Shown: positions 49,994 to 60,000 of the stretch, one piece after another
Position numbering within the stretch: position 1 is the first letter of the stretch
Layout of the letters: the number at the start of each line of letters is the position of its first letter
Assembly (NCBI GenBank): GCA_963702005.1
Contig: OY969696.1
Span: 2,880,001-2,944,000 of the forward strand
DNA length: 64,000 nucleotides
Origin: Candidatus Aminicenantes bacterium
GTDB taxonomy: Bacteria > Acidobacteriota > Aminicenantia > Aminicenantales > JAFGBC01
Direction: 5' to 3'
Notes under the pieces: model-generated
Told to the model about the DNA's origin: nothing
Database searches by the model: none
What the model saw: only the letters and a program-made list of their open reading frames with translations
Position numbers and translations under genes: made by a program

Positions 49994-50354
49994 CTATCCT
50001 TTGTTCGATTCCCTTGCGAACATGTTTTGGAGGAACTCGGACGCTTTGTTTCCCATCGTCTGGTAATCGCAGGGCTGCTTGATATCCTTGCAGTGAAGAG
50101 GATAGTTCTGGGCCCACCAGGCGGTGTATTCCTTAACGAGACGTCCGCACTTATCGCGAGCCGCTTTGTCACTCCCCTTGGCGGCTCCTGCGAACAGACC
50201 GACGGCCATGACGCCGCCGGTTACGTATCCGCCAGTCCGGCATGGAGCCGGTTTGGCTTCCGGACGACGCCTGGAAAGCCTTGAGGTCCAGGGCGGCCAA
50301 GGCCCCCAAGCAGGCACAAGAGATTCCGAGAAATTCTCTCCGGCTACTTAACAT
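49994..50354 (-). pseudogene. C-GCAxxG-C-C-like redox protein with a Tat-like leader, frameshifted or internally deleted
   Basis: MLSSRREFLG... in one frame; GYVTGGVMAVG...LHCKDIKQPC in another; removing one G at 50232-50233 restores DCGYVTGG. Confidence 0.6.
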
Positions 50355-50471
50355 TTTACACTCCCTTGTAAGAATCCATGACAAACCAGGCTTCAACCTA
50401 GGTTGAAAGCCCGACCCCCTATACCTGCAGCAAAGAATATGCCGGTCCAAAATCGGCGGAGCAAGATCCGC

Positions 50472-51284
50472 CTACTTGAGAGCCGTCTTTCTTCTTTTTA
50501 AAACCAGGATTGCGGCAAATATAAGGAAAGCGAGGAGGACGATGGCGCCCGAGGCCGGGAGGTCCAGATAAAGGGCGGCCGAGAGCCCGCCGGCAACAGC
50601 GACTGCGGCGACACCGCACGAGATCAAAATGGCCCCTTTGAAATCGGAGGCGGCCCGCAGCCCGGCCGCGGCCGGGATGACCAGCAGGGCCGAAACGAGC
50701 AGAACACCGACGACCTTCATCCCCAGGACGACGGTTACGGCCGCGAGCGCCGTGAGCATCGCTTCGAGCCGTTCGACCCGAACGCCCGAAGCCTTGGCGA
50801 TTTCGGGATGGAAGGCCATGGACATGAGGGGCCGGTAGCGGACGATGACAATCCCGACGACGAGGATCGCCAATCCGGCCGACAGGGCGACCTCGGCGGG
50901 CGCGATGGCCAGGATCTCTCCGAACAGGAACCCGAACAGCGAAGCGTTGTAGCTTTTGGCCAGCGAAGCCAGGATGATCCCCAGGGCCATCCCGACCGAG
51001 CTCACGATGCCGAGGGCGGTGTCGCTGTGAACGCCCGCCCGCTCCTTGAGCTTGACGAGAAGGAAGGCCGCGGCCAGGGACACGGCCAGGGCCAGTCCGA
51101 GCGGGAGAAGGCGGACCCAGAGGCCGAGGGCGACGCCGGCGAAAGCGACGTGGGACAGGCCGTGGCCGATCATGGCGTCCCGCTTCAGGATCAGGAAAAC
51201 CCCCAGGATCGCGCAGGCGATCCCGAGCAGGAGGCCGGCCGCGAGCGCCCTCTGGAGGAAACCCAAGGTCCACAGTCCGCCCAT
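50472..51284 (-). CDS. znuB: Zn/Mn ABC transporter permease
   Basis: [40 protein letters not shown]. Confidence 0.88.
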   Translation of the reverse strand: MGGLWTLGFLQRALAAGLLLGIACAILGVFLILKRDAMIGHGLSHVAFAGVALGLWVRLLPLGLALAVSLAAAFLLVKLKERAGVHSDTALGIVSSVGMALGIILASLAKSYNASLFGFLFGEILAIAPAEVALSAGLAILVVGIVIVRYRPLMSMAFHPEIAKASGVRVERLEAMLTALAAVTVVLGMKVVGVLLVSALLVIPAAAGLRAASDFKGAILISCGVAAVAVAGGLSAALYLDLPASGAIVLLAFLIFAAILVLKRRKTALK

Positions 51285-51291
51285 GATGCCC

Positions 51292-52070
51292 TCAGTGCCG
51301 GTGGGAGACGAGGTGATGGCCGCCCGAGAGGAGGTCCCGGAACGCCTGCGAGCGGCAGAATTCCTCGTGGGAGCCGTGATAGACGAGGCTCCGGTTGAGG
51401 CAGGCGACCTTGTTGACGTTGCGGTCGACGATCCCGATGTCGTGGGTGACCAGCGCGATCGTGATGCCCTCCTCCCGGTTGAAGCCGCCCAGCATGTCGT
51501 AGAAGTGCTCGACGGTCTCGGGATCGACGCCGGCCGTCGGCTCGTCGAGGAGCAGGAGGCGGGGCCGGTGGACGATGGCCCGGGCGATGAACACCCGCTG
51601 CTGCTGGCCGCCCGACAGGCTCCCGATCCGGCGTCGGAGATGCTCCTCCATTCCGACCCGGGCCAGAGCTTCGTGGATGGCCGCTTCTTCCCTCGTCTTT
51701 CCGGCCGCGTCCCAGGGATGGGCCGGGGCAGCCCGAGGGCGACGACTTCCCGGACCGAAGCGGGAAAGAACGGATCGATATGAGTCGCCTTCTGGGGGAC
51801 GTAGCCGATCGCAGCCCGTTCGGAGACCTCGTCGACAGGCCTTCCCATGAGGAGGATCCGGCCCGCGTCCGGCCGAAGCAGGCCGAGAATGAGCTTGAGA
51901 AGCGTCGTTTTTCCCGATCCGTTCGGTCCCAGCACGGCCAGGAACTCGCCCTCGTGGATATCGAAGGACACGCCGCTCAAAACGCAGTGGCCGGCGTAGG
52001 AAAAGGAAACGGCCTCGACCGAGACGAGCGTCTTGGCCGAACGCTTCGGCTTAGCGATCTTGGCAGCCAT
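51292..52070 (-). CDS. znuC: Zn/Mn ABC transporter ATP-binding protein, frameshifted near 51690-51730
   Basis: GPNGSGKTT and GYVPQ in one frame; [14 protein letters not shown] and VTHD in another. Confidence 0.87.
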
Positions 52071-52980
52071 CCAGCAGACTCCTGAGGTTGTCCTTCATAA
52101 TATCAAGAAAGCCGCGACCCTGCCGCAGGTCCGCGGGGGAAGGATTATGGCCGGGGTTGAGCAGAAGCATCCGCGCCCCGATTTCGCGGCAAAGGGCTCC
52201 CGCCAACTTGGCCGGTTCTCCGACCTCGCGAAAGACGACGCCGATGTTTTTCGTCCTGGCCAAGCGAACGATCTCTGCCATCCGGGCCGGCGTCGGCTCG
52301 GCGTCGGGACTGAAGCCGTAGAGAGAAACCTGTTCGAACCCATAGCGAGCGAGCAGGCGGCCGAAGGCGGCGTGACCCGCCAGGATGACCGTGCGCTGCC
52401 GGCAGGAAGCAAGGCTGCGCCGGTAGAGACGGTCCAGGTCCTCGAGTCCCGCCTTCGCGGCGCGGGCGTTTTCCTGAAACAGCGAAGCCGAGGCGGGATC
52501 CATGTCGGTGAGAACGTCCCGGATCCTGTCGATGAGTTCGAGGTCCAATCCGAAGTCGAGCCAGATATGGGGGTCCTCGATGGCGGGCCCGGAATCCGCG
52601 TTCTCGGTCTTCGGCGTCAAACCGCGGCCGATTTCGAGGACGCGGAATCGAGGCCGGCCCAAGCCTCCCAGGACGTCGTCGACCCAGGGCTCAAGATGGA
52701 GGCCGACATAGATGAACAGATCGCAAGAGGAGAGCTTGAGGACATCTCCGGCCCTGGGCTGCCAGGTGTGGACCTCGGCTCCGGCAGGAATCAGAAGACT
52801 CGCCTCTCCCCTGTCCCCGGCGACGGCCCGGGCGAATTCCAGGAGGGGAAAGACCGTGGTCATGATCCGGATTCTATTTCCGACAGGAGGGGCCGTAAAG
52901 CCAAATCCAGCCAGGGCAGTTAGCAGAACAATCCCGATAAGAACTCCTGAACGCGCTCGACGATTCAGCCCTCTTTTCAT
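52051..52980 (-). CDS. znuA: Zn/Mn ABC transporter substrate-binding protein
   Basis: EVHTWQP, DPHIWL, HAAF metal-ligand motifs; N-terminal signal. Confidence 0.87.
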   Translation of the reverse strand: MKRGLNRRARSGVLIGIVLLTALAGFGFTAPPVGNRIRIMTTVFPLLEFARAVAGDRGEASLLIPAGAEVHTWQPRAGDVLKLSSCDLFIYVGLHLEPWVDDVLGGLGRPRFRVLEIGRGLTPKTENADSGPAIEDPHIWLDFGLDLELIDRIRDVLTDMDPASASLFQENARAAKAGLEDLDRLYRRSLASCRQRTVILAGHAAFGRLLARYGFEQVSLYGFSPDAEPTPARMAEIVRLARTKNIGVVFREVGEPAKLAGALCREIGARMLLLNPGHNPSPADLRQGRGFLDIMKDNLRSLLDGCQDR

Positions 52981-53157
52981 CACAATCCTTTGTTCTTGGG
53001 TCATTACCCTTCACTATTCTACTCAAAAACAAGTGTCTGGCAATTCACAATAATCGCTCCGTTTCAATTATTGCGGACGCTAGCCATCGTTCTTGAATCA
53101 AATATTTCTTTATGTCATGATGTCCTCTCTGGGACGAATTCACAAAGGAGGCTCCGC

Positions 53158-54609
53158 ATGCCGATAAATTTCAGCCAGCTCAAGCCGTCGCTTCTCTGGA
53201 AGCATTTCGGAAAAATCCTGACCATCCCCCACTGCTCCGGACACGAGCAGGCCCTGGGCGACTACATCCTGTCCGTGGCCAAGGCCGACGGACTCGAAGG
53301 GCAGAAGGACAAGGTCAAGAACGTCCTGGTCGCTAAGAAGGCGAGCCCCGGCCGTGAAAAGACCGCGGGCATAGTCCTCCAGGCCCATATGGACATGGTC
53401 TGCGAAAAGAACTCCGACACCGCCCACGACTTCGCCAAGGACGCCATCCAGACCGAGATCAAAGGGGATTGGCTCCAGGCCAAAGGCACGACCCTGGGCT
53501 CCGACAATGGGATCGGGGTCGCCGCCTGCCTGGCCGTCATGGAGGACAAGGACCTCGTCCACGGCCCCCTCGAGTTCCTGTTCACGGTCGACGAGGAGAC
53601 CGGCCTGACCGGCGCCAACAGGCTCGAGCCCGGCGCCCTCAAGGGAAAAATGCTGCTCAACCTGGACAGCGAGGAGATCGAGACGTTCACAATCGGCTGC
53701 GCGGGCGGCGCGGATTCCGAGGTTTTCCTGCCTTTCGTTCGGGAGAAACCGGCCGGAGCAGCCTACCGGATCAAAATCCACGGCTACCGGGGCGGGCATT
53801 CCGGCCTGGACATCCACCAGGGACGCGGGAACGCCATCAAGCTTTTAGCCCGAATCCTCGACCGAGCCCGCCGCCAATCGGACTATGGACTGGCCGAGAT
53901 CGAGGGCGGGAACAAGCACAATGCCATCCCCCGCGAAGCCTGGGCCGACCTCGTCGTCGCCCCGGACAAGGTCGCTTCGTTGAAGGCCGTCGTCGAGAAG
54001 GCGTTCGCGGAGATCCGCGTCGAATACCAGGCCGTCGAAACGGACGCCGCCGTCTCCTTTGGGCCCTCGGAGGACAAGCCGGCCGAGGTCCTGTCGGCGG
54101 CTTCGCGGAACGCGCTCATCAACCTTCTCCTGACCCTCCCCCACGGCGTCATCGCCATGCACCCCGAGATCCACGGTCTGACCGAGACCTCGACCAACCT
54201 GGCCATCGTCCGGACCGGCCGGAAGGAAGCCAAGATCCACTGCTCGAGCCGGAGCTCGATCGCCTCGGCCCTCGAGGCCGTCCGCGACACGATCCGTGCC
54301 GTCAGCGAGCTGGCCGGCGCCAAGATCACGCTCCTCGAAGGCTACCCGGGCTGGATGCCCAACCTGCAGTCGCCCCTGCTCAAGAAGCTCAAGGAAGTCC
54401 ATGAGAAAGTCGTCGGCAAGGAGGCCGAGATCAAGGCCGTCCACGCCGGGCTCGAGTGCGGCATCATCGGCGAAAAGCACCCCGGCATGGACATGATCTC
54501 GTTCGGACCGACCATCGAGCATCCCCACTCTCCCGAGGAGCGCTGCAACGTCAAGACCGTCGAGGAATTCTGGACGTTCTTAACGGCGGCCCTGCGCGAT
54601 CTAGCCTAA
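53158..54609 (+). CDS. pepD: Aminoacyl-histidine dipeptidase (M20C)
   Basis: QAHMDMV, TTLGSDNGIG, DEETG, NLDSE, GGHSG, HAGLECG, HSPEE. Confidence 0.93.
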   Translation: MPINFSQLKPSLLWKHFGKILTIPHCSGHEQALGDYILSVAKADGLEGQKDKVKNVLVAKKASPGREKTAGIVLQAHMDMVCEKNSDTAHDFAKDAIQTEIKGDWLQAKGTTLGSDNGIGVAACLAVMEDKDLVHGPLEFLFTVDEETGLTGANRLEPGALKGKMLLNLDSEEIETFTIGCAGGADSEVFLPFVREKPAGAAYRIKIHGYRGGHSGLDIHQGRGNAIKLLARILDRARRQSDYGLAEIEGGNKHNAIPREAWADLVVAPDKVASLKAVVEKAFAEIRVEYQAVETDAAVSFGPSEDKPAEVLSAASRNALINLLLTLPHGVIAMHPEIHGLTETSTNLAIVRTGRKEAKIHCSSRSSIASALEAVRDTIRAVSELAGAKITLLEGYPGWMPNLQSPLLKKLKEVHEKVVGKEAEIKAVHAGLECGIIGEKHPGMDMISFGPTIEHPHSPEERCNVKTVEEFWTFLTAALRDLA

Positions 54610-54614
54610 GCCGA

Positions 54615-56828
54615 TCATTCGATCGGGCTCTCGTGGCCCTGGCTGTCGACGGCCGTTACCGTATAGGCGTAGAGGCCGGTGCCTCCGACATCGTAATCTC
54701 GGTAGGTGCGGACGGAGGCGCCGACCTCGTCGATCAACCGGTAGGCCGTCGCCGCATCTTGGGACTTTTTCCGATAAATTTTATACCCGACGATGGTCGC
54801 GATCGAGTCGTTTTCTGGATTCCCGTCCCATCGAACGTCCGTGATATAGCGGGTATAAAAGAGCGCCCGGTCGGCGTACGTTTCCCAGCGGACGTTCAAA
54901 GGAGGCTGGAGGTTCAAAGCAATAAGGGCGGCTTCTTTTGCGGCCTGGCCGTCCCGGTCGTCCTTGACCGTCAGGCGAAAGGTGTAGGTCCCTTTTATCG
55001 CATAGGTATGACGGACGACCCGCCCCGAATCCGCGGCGCCGTCGCCGAAGTCCCAGAGATAGGACACGATCCGGCCGTCCGGATCGTGCGAGGCCGAAGC
55101 GTCGAACCCGACGTCCAGCGGGCAGATTCCGGTCGAGGGCGAGAACTTAAATTCCGCGACGGGCGTAACGTTCGGTTTCAGGATCGTGATCGTCCCGGAG
55201 GCTTGTCCCCGGCCGCCGCGGTCATCGGTAACGATCAGCCCGATCTTGAACGTGCCGGCCTTGCGGTAGGCGTGCTTGACGACTTTGCCCGATCCCGTTC
55301 CTTCGTCCCCGAACGTCCAGTCATAGGCCGCGATCCGGCCGTCGGCATCTCGAGAGGCCGAGGCATCGAAGGTCACGTCGAGGGGCGTAACTCCCGTCTT
55401 GGGAACGAACGTGAAGCGGCCGTCCGGCGGAACGTTCGGCTTGGTGACCTCGACCGAGCGGGTCGCCGTCCCCTTGGCGCCCCGGTCATCGCGGACCGTG
55501 AGCCTCACCGTGAACGTGCCTATCCTGGTGAAGGCATGCCGGATGGTCTTGCCCTTTCCGGTCGTGCCGTCGCCGAACGCCCAGTCGTAGGCGACGATTT
55601 TGCCGTCGGGATCATAGGATGCTGAGGCGTCAAAGGCCACGGTCAAAGGAAAATCCCCCGAGGTCGGAGACAGCGTAAAATCGGCGACCGGGGGGAGGTT
55701 TTGCTGGGATTCGACGGCCCGGGCAAAGTAGATGTCGTTAGACGCGTCCCAGACGACATAGACGATATCGCCCGTGGGGCTGGCGCTGATGTCCGAGAAC
55801 GTCGAGCCGCGGGAACCGGGCAGCGACTCCTCCCCTTTCCAGGCGCCTCCGGTCCGGATGTTGAAATTGATCGAGAAACCGGCCCGGTAGCTTCCGGTCT
55901 GCCAGCAAGCGAACAGGGTTTGTCCGCGGATCGCCAGGGACGGATAATGGAGGACGGTTTCCGAGGAAATCCGCTCCGGAGCCGTGAATCCGCCTCCCGT
56001 TCCCCGAGTGTAGGCGATGTAGCGAACCCCTCCCGCCGTCAACTCGGGCGACCAGACGACATTGGGGATATCGTTCGCATCGGCGACGACGATGGGGTGC
56101 TGCTCTTCATATCCGGTCGAGGGAAGCGCGCCGGGAGAGCTCCATGAAGAGCCGGCCGCGGCAGCCCGCCAGGCGTAAACGGCCCGATATCCTCCGCTCG
56201 TCCCCTCCATCCAGGTCAGGTAGACGAATTGATTTCCGAGGGCGATGTCCGTAAATTTCGACCTCAGGCCGGGAGCGCTGACAGCCCGGACATCTTCCCA
56301 GGCGCCTCCGACTTTGGACCGGGAGAAGACGGTCCCGTCCTCCGTCCACCAGGCGATATAGAGGTCGCCCTGGGGGCCGGCGGCGATCTTAGGCGTGTTC
56401 ATGCTCGCCCGGGCCGTAGCCACCGCGATCGGGTTTTGCCAAGCGTCGTCGACGAACTGGGCCAGCTTGATGACGTTGCTTTCGATCCAGACGGCGTAGA
56501 CTCGGCCCAGCCCGTCGACGTCAATGTCGCAGGTCCGCTCCCCGGAGGCGTAGACTTTCGAGCTCTGGCTTAAGTTGCGCGGTGTCGTCCAAGTTCGTCC
56601 CGCGTCCTCGGAGCGCGCGTAGAGGCAATCGCCCGTATAGTCCGAATACATTTCAACCCAGGCGACGTGGACGACTCCACGGGAATCGACGGCGATCCGG
56701 GAGCAGGTCGAAAACGTTCCCGGGGAGTTCGAGATGTTCGTAGCGGCCCCGGCTCGGGCGGCCAGCCCCAACGATAAGCCGAAGACCAATAAATAAAAAA
56801 CTAAAGAAGGATTGTTTTTAAGTTTCAT
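54615..56828 (-). CDS. Secreted protein: BNR-like propeller + 3 PKD domains + FN3-like tail
   Basis: SEDAGRTW Asp-box; 3x FDASAS.D.DG.I..Y.W.FGD; YAYTVTAVD. Confidence 0.85.
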   Translation of the reverse strand: MKLKNNPSLVFYLLVFGLSLGLAARAGAATNISNSPGTFSTCSRIAVDSRGVVHVAWVEMYSDYTGDCLYARSEDAGRTWTTPRNLSQSSKVYASGERTCDIDVDGLGRVYAVWIESNVIKLAQFVDDAWQNPIAVATARASMNTPKIAAGPQGDLYIAWWTEDGTVFSRSKVGGAWEDVRAVSAPGLRSKFTDIALGNQFVYLTWMEGTSGGYRAVYAWRAAAAGSSWSSPGALPSTGYEEQHPIVVADANDIPNVVWSPELTAGGVRYIAYTRGTGGGFTAPERISSETVLHYPSLAIRGQTLFACWQTGSYRAGFSINFNIRTGGAWKGEESLPGSRGSTFSDISASPTGDIVYVVWDASNDIYFARAVESQQNLPPVADFTLSPTSGDFPLTVAFDASASYDPDGKIVAYDWAFGDGTTGKGKTIRHAFTRIGTFTVRLTVRDDRGAKGTATRSVEVTKPNVPPDGRFTFVPKTGVTPLDVTFDASASRDADGRIAAYDWTFGDEGTGSGKVVKHAYRKAGTFKIGLIVTDDRGGRGQASGTITILKPNVTPVAEFKFSPSTGICPLDVGFDASASHDPDGRIVSYLWDFGDGAADSGRVVRHTYAIKGTYTFRLTVKDDRDGQAAKEAALIALNLQPPLNVRWETYADRALFYTRYITDVRWDGNPENDSIATIVGYKIYRKKSQDAATAYRLIDEVGASVRTYRDYDVGGTGLYAYTVTAVDSQGHESPIE

Positions 56829-56834
56829 GGCTAT

Positions 56835-56862
56835 ATTATACTATCCCGGTAGGATTTGTCAA
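56835..56862 (-). promoter_or_regulatory. sigma70 promoter, likely giving a leaderless mRNA for the PKD protein
   Basis: TTGACA-16 bp-TATAAT-6 nt-ATG, no SD. Confidence 0.65.
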
Positions 56863-57022
56863 AACCTCGACACTCATACTAAGCCGTTTCCGTCTTAGTA
56901 TGAGTGCTACAAGGCTGCCGTCGGCGAACGGGTCAAAAAGAGCGTACAGCCGCGGACCGGTCCGCTTGATATTTCTTTCCAATTCCCATAGCATGGATTC
57001 AAACTCCGAGGAGAGGAAGACC

Positions 57023-60000
57023 ATGGGAAAAAGAACGCTTGGCCTCTTCATGATTATTTGCGTCGTATCGTTCGCGATCCAGGCCGGTTGCAAGAAAAAG
57101 CAAAAAGAGGAGGTTCGGCCGCTCGGCCCTCCCGTTGGCGACCTCCGGGTCCTATTCCAAAGCCCGCAAGGTCCGACCTCGGCCCCTCATGAAGCCGAGC
57201 GGATCGTCGTCATCTTCGACCGCGCCATGGTCCCGCTCGAGGCACTCTCGGACCTGGAGCCCTTCTCCCCGCTTCGGCTCAAGCCCGACATCCCCGGCAC
57301 GGTCCGCTGGCTGGGGACGAAAACCCTGACCTTCACCCCGGACAAGCGATTCCCCTTCGCCACGGAGATCAAAGTCACCGTTCCGCTCGGCACCCGGTCG
57401 CTGGACAACTACGCCCTGGCCGCCGACGCTTCCTGGACCTTCCAGACGATCCGGCCCCGTCTCGCGTCCCACTATCCGGAGGGCGACGGGACGGCCGTCA
57501 AACTCGACGCCAAGGTCCTCCTCGTCTTCAACCAGGCAGTGGACGCGTCCAAGGCCCGAGACTTCATCGACCTCTCCGGGCTGACGCCGGACGAAAAGAC
57601 GAAATCGCTCGGCTTCTCTCTCGACACGGCCTCGGCCGAGCTTCTTAAAACCGAGAACATCCAGGACGCCCCCTCCGATGTTCTCGTCCTTGAGCCCGAT
57701 GCGGCCCTCCAGCCCGACCTGACCTATACGGTAGACCTCAAGGAAGGCCTCCCTTCCCAAGAAGGACCTCTCGGATTGGCCGAGCCGGAAGCGTTCCGGT
57801 TCGAGACCTATAAGACCTTCGCCTGGCTCGGCCTGGGCAATGACGGCGACATTCCCCCCAACGAACCCCTAAGGCTCCAGTTCACGAATCCGGTCGGCTA
57901 CAAAGAACTCGTCGGTAAAGTCCGTTTCGAGCCCGAACTCAAGATCCCCGACTATTACCAGGAGTGGGACCAGGCAAACGCCACGCTCTGGATGACCCTT
58001 CCGCTCGAGCCGGAGACGGCCTATAAAGCCATGCTCGCGGCCGACATCAAGGACGAGTTCGGAAACGCGCTCGGCCGGGAAGTTGCGTTCGCCTTCAAGT
58101 CGGCTCCGTACACGCCCTATGTCAGCATGACGACCGGCCAGGGCATCCTGGAAGCCTACGGCGAGCTCAATTATCCCATTTACGCCGTCAATACGCCCTC
58201 CGTCCTCTTCCAGGCCGGCCGGATCGGCATGGAGGGCGTCATTCCGCTTTTGACGTCGGAAAAAGTCTTCTGGCAGGGTGAGAACTATGCCCCGAGCCCG
58301 GGACTTTTCCAGGTCTCAAGAGACCTCCAGCTCGGCCTTCCCAAGAACCAGCGCCGCCTCATCCCGCTTCCCGTCTCAGAGCTTCTTCCTGAAAAGTACG
58401 GCTTCGTCTTCATCCAGCTCGACACGGGATCCGAGGACAAGTGGAATCGCTACCCCAAGGCCTTCCTCCAGGTGACCGGACTCGGACTCACGGCCAAATT
58501 CTCCCCCGACAACGATACGATCTGGGTGACCGACCTCAAGTCGGGCGAGCCCGTCCCCGAGGCCGAAGTCGAAATCCGCGACGACGGGAACGTCGTTCGC
58601 TGCCGGGGTCGGACCGGCCCGGACGGGAAGGTCACGACGCCGGGTTGGAAGGCCCTCGGGATTAAAGTCGAGGACCGCTGGACCAAGCCTCAACAGTGGG
58701 TCTTCGCGACCAGGGGCAAGGACTCCGCCTTCCTATCCTCCGAATGGGGAGCGGGAATCGATCCCTACCGCTTCGCCATCGACTACGACTGGAATCCGCA
58801 GCCGCCCGAAGTCCAGGGCTCGATCTTCAGCGAGCGGGGGATCTACCGGGCCGGCGAGCCCGTCCATATCAAAGGGATCATCCGGACGCGGGAGAAAGGC
58901 GAATGGCGCCTCCCTAAGGTCCGGACCGTCGCCTGCGAGGTCCAGGATCCGTTCCAGAAGACGGTCAAGAAAGCCGACTGCCCGCTCGACGACTTCGGCT
59001 CGTTCAGCTTCGACCTTGAAACGGCCGAAGACGCGGCCTTAGGCTATTACCAGGTCGCCGTTATAGTCCCGAGAGAGCGGCCGTCCGGTCAGGAAACGAC
59101 CATCTCGAGTTCGTTCCGGGTCGAAGCGTTCCGGCCCGCGGAGTTCGAGGTCCACCTCCGCTCCGCACGCGACTCCTTCGTTTTCGGCGAAGACTACGAC
59201 GCCGAAGTCCGGGCGAGCTACTTGTTCGGCGGAGCCATGGCCGGACAGAAGGCTTCCTGGCGGCTCAGGCTCGATCGGACGTCATTCGCCCCGCCCGGCT
59301 TTTCGGGATACGTGTTCGGGAACGAAATCGAATGGGAAGGGGACGGCGAAGAAAGCCCCGGTTCGAGCCGGCTCCTCGGCTCGGGCGAAGCCGTCCTCGA
59401 CGCCCAAGGGACGGCCCGGGTCGAGATCCCGCTCGTCCCCGAGAAGGAGAAGGATTCGGTCCTGGCGACCCTCGAGGCCACGGTTCAGAGCCCGAGCCGC
59501 CGCTCGATATCGAACCGGATCCAGACCGTCGTTCACCGGGGCGAATACTATATCGGCCTGAAACCGGCCACGACCTTCTTAAAAAAGGGAGATCCCCTCG
59601 GCGTCGACCTCATCGCCGCGGCGCCGGCCGGAGATCTCCTCCCCGATAAAAAGATCTCCCTCAAACTCATCAAACGGGAGTGGCGTTCGGTCCGCAAGGC
59701 CGGGGTCGGAGGCCGCTTCTCCTGGATATCGGAAAAAGAGGACACGACCGTCGAGGAGAGGGCTCTCGTCACCGAGAAAGAGCCTCTGCGGACGGAGTTC
59801 AAGCCGGAGAAATCGGGGCTTTATTACCTCGAAGCGGCGGGGACGGACGGTCTCAAGAACGCAATCACGACCTCGACGTCCTTCTACGTCACGGGCGCGG
59901 ACTATGTGCCCTGGGAGAGGACCGACGACGACGCCATCGACATCGTGCCCGACCGGACGTCTTACGACCCGGGCGCCACGGCCCGCATCCTCGTCAAATC

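Noticed and set aside
50169-50354. Selenocysteine read-through in the C-GCAxxG-C-C-like gene
   Set aside because: The break is a frame change, not an in-frame TGA at a Cys position
50472-52070. 532 aa ATPase-permease fusion in the ORF track
   Set aside because: Artefact of the znuC frameshift; the signature and Walker B motifs are in another frame and znuB has its own start at 51284
53005-53157. Zur/Fur box upstream of znuA
   Set aside because: AT-rich but no convincing inverted repeat
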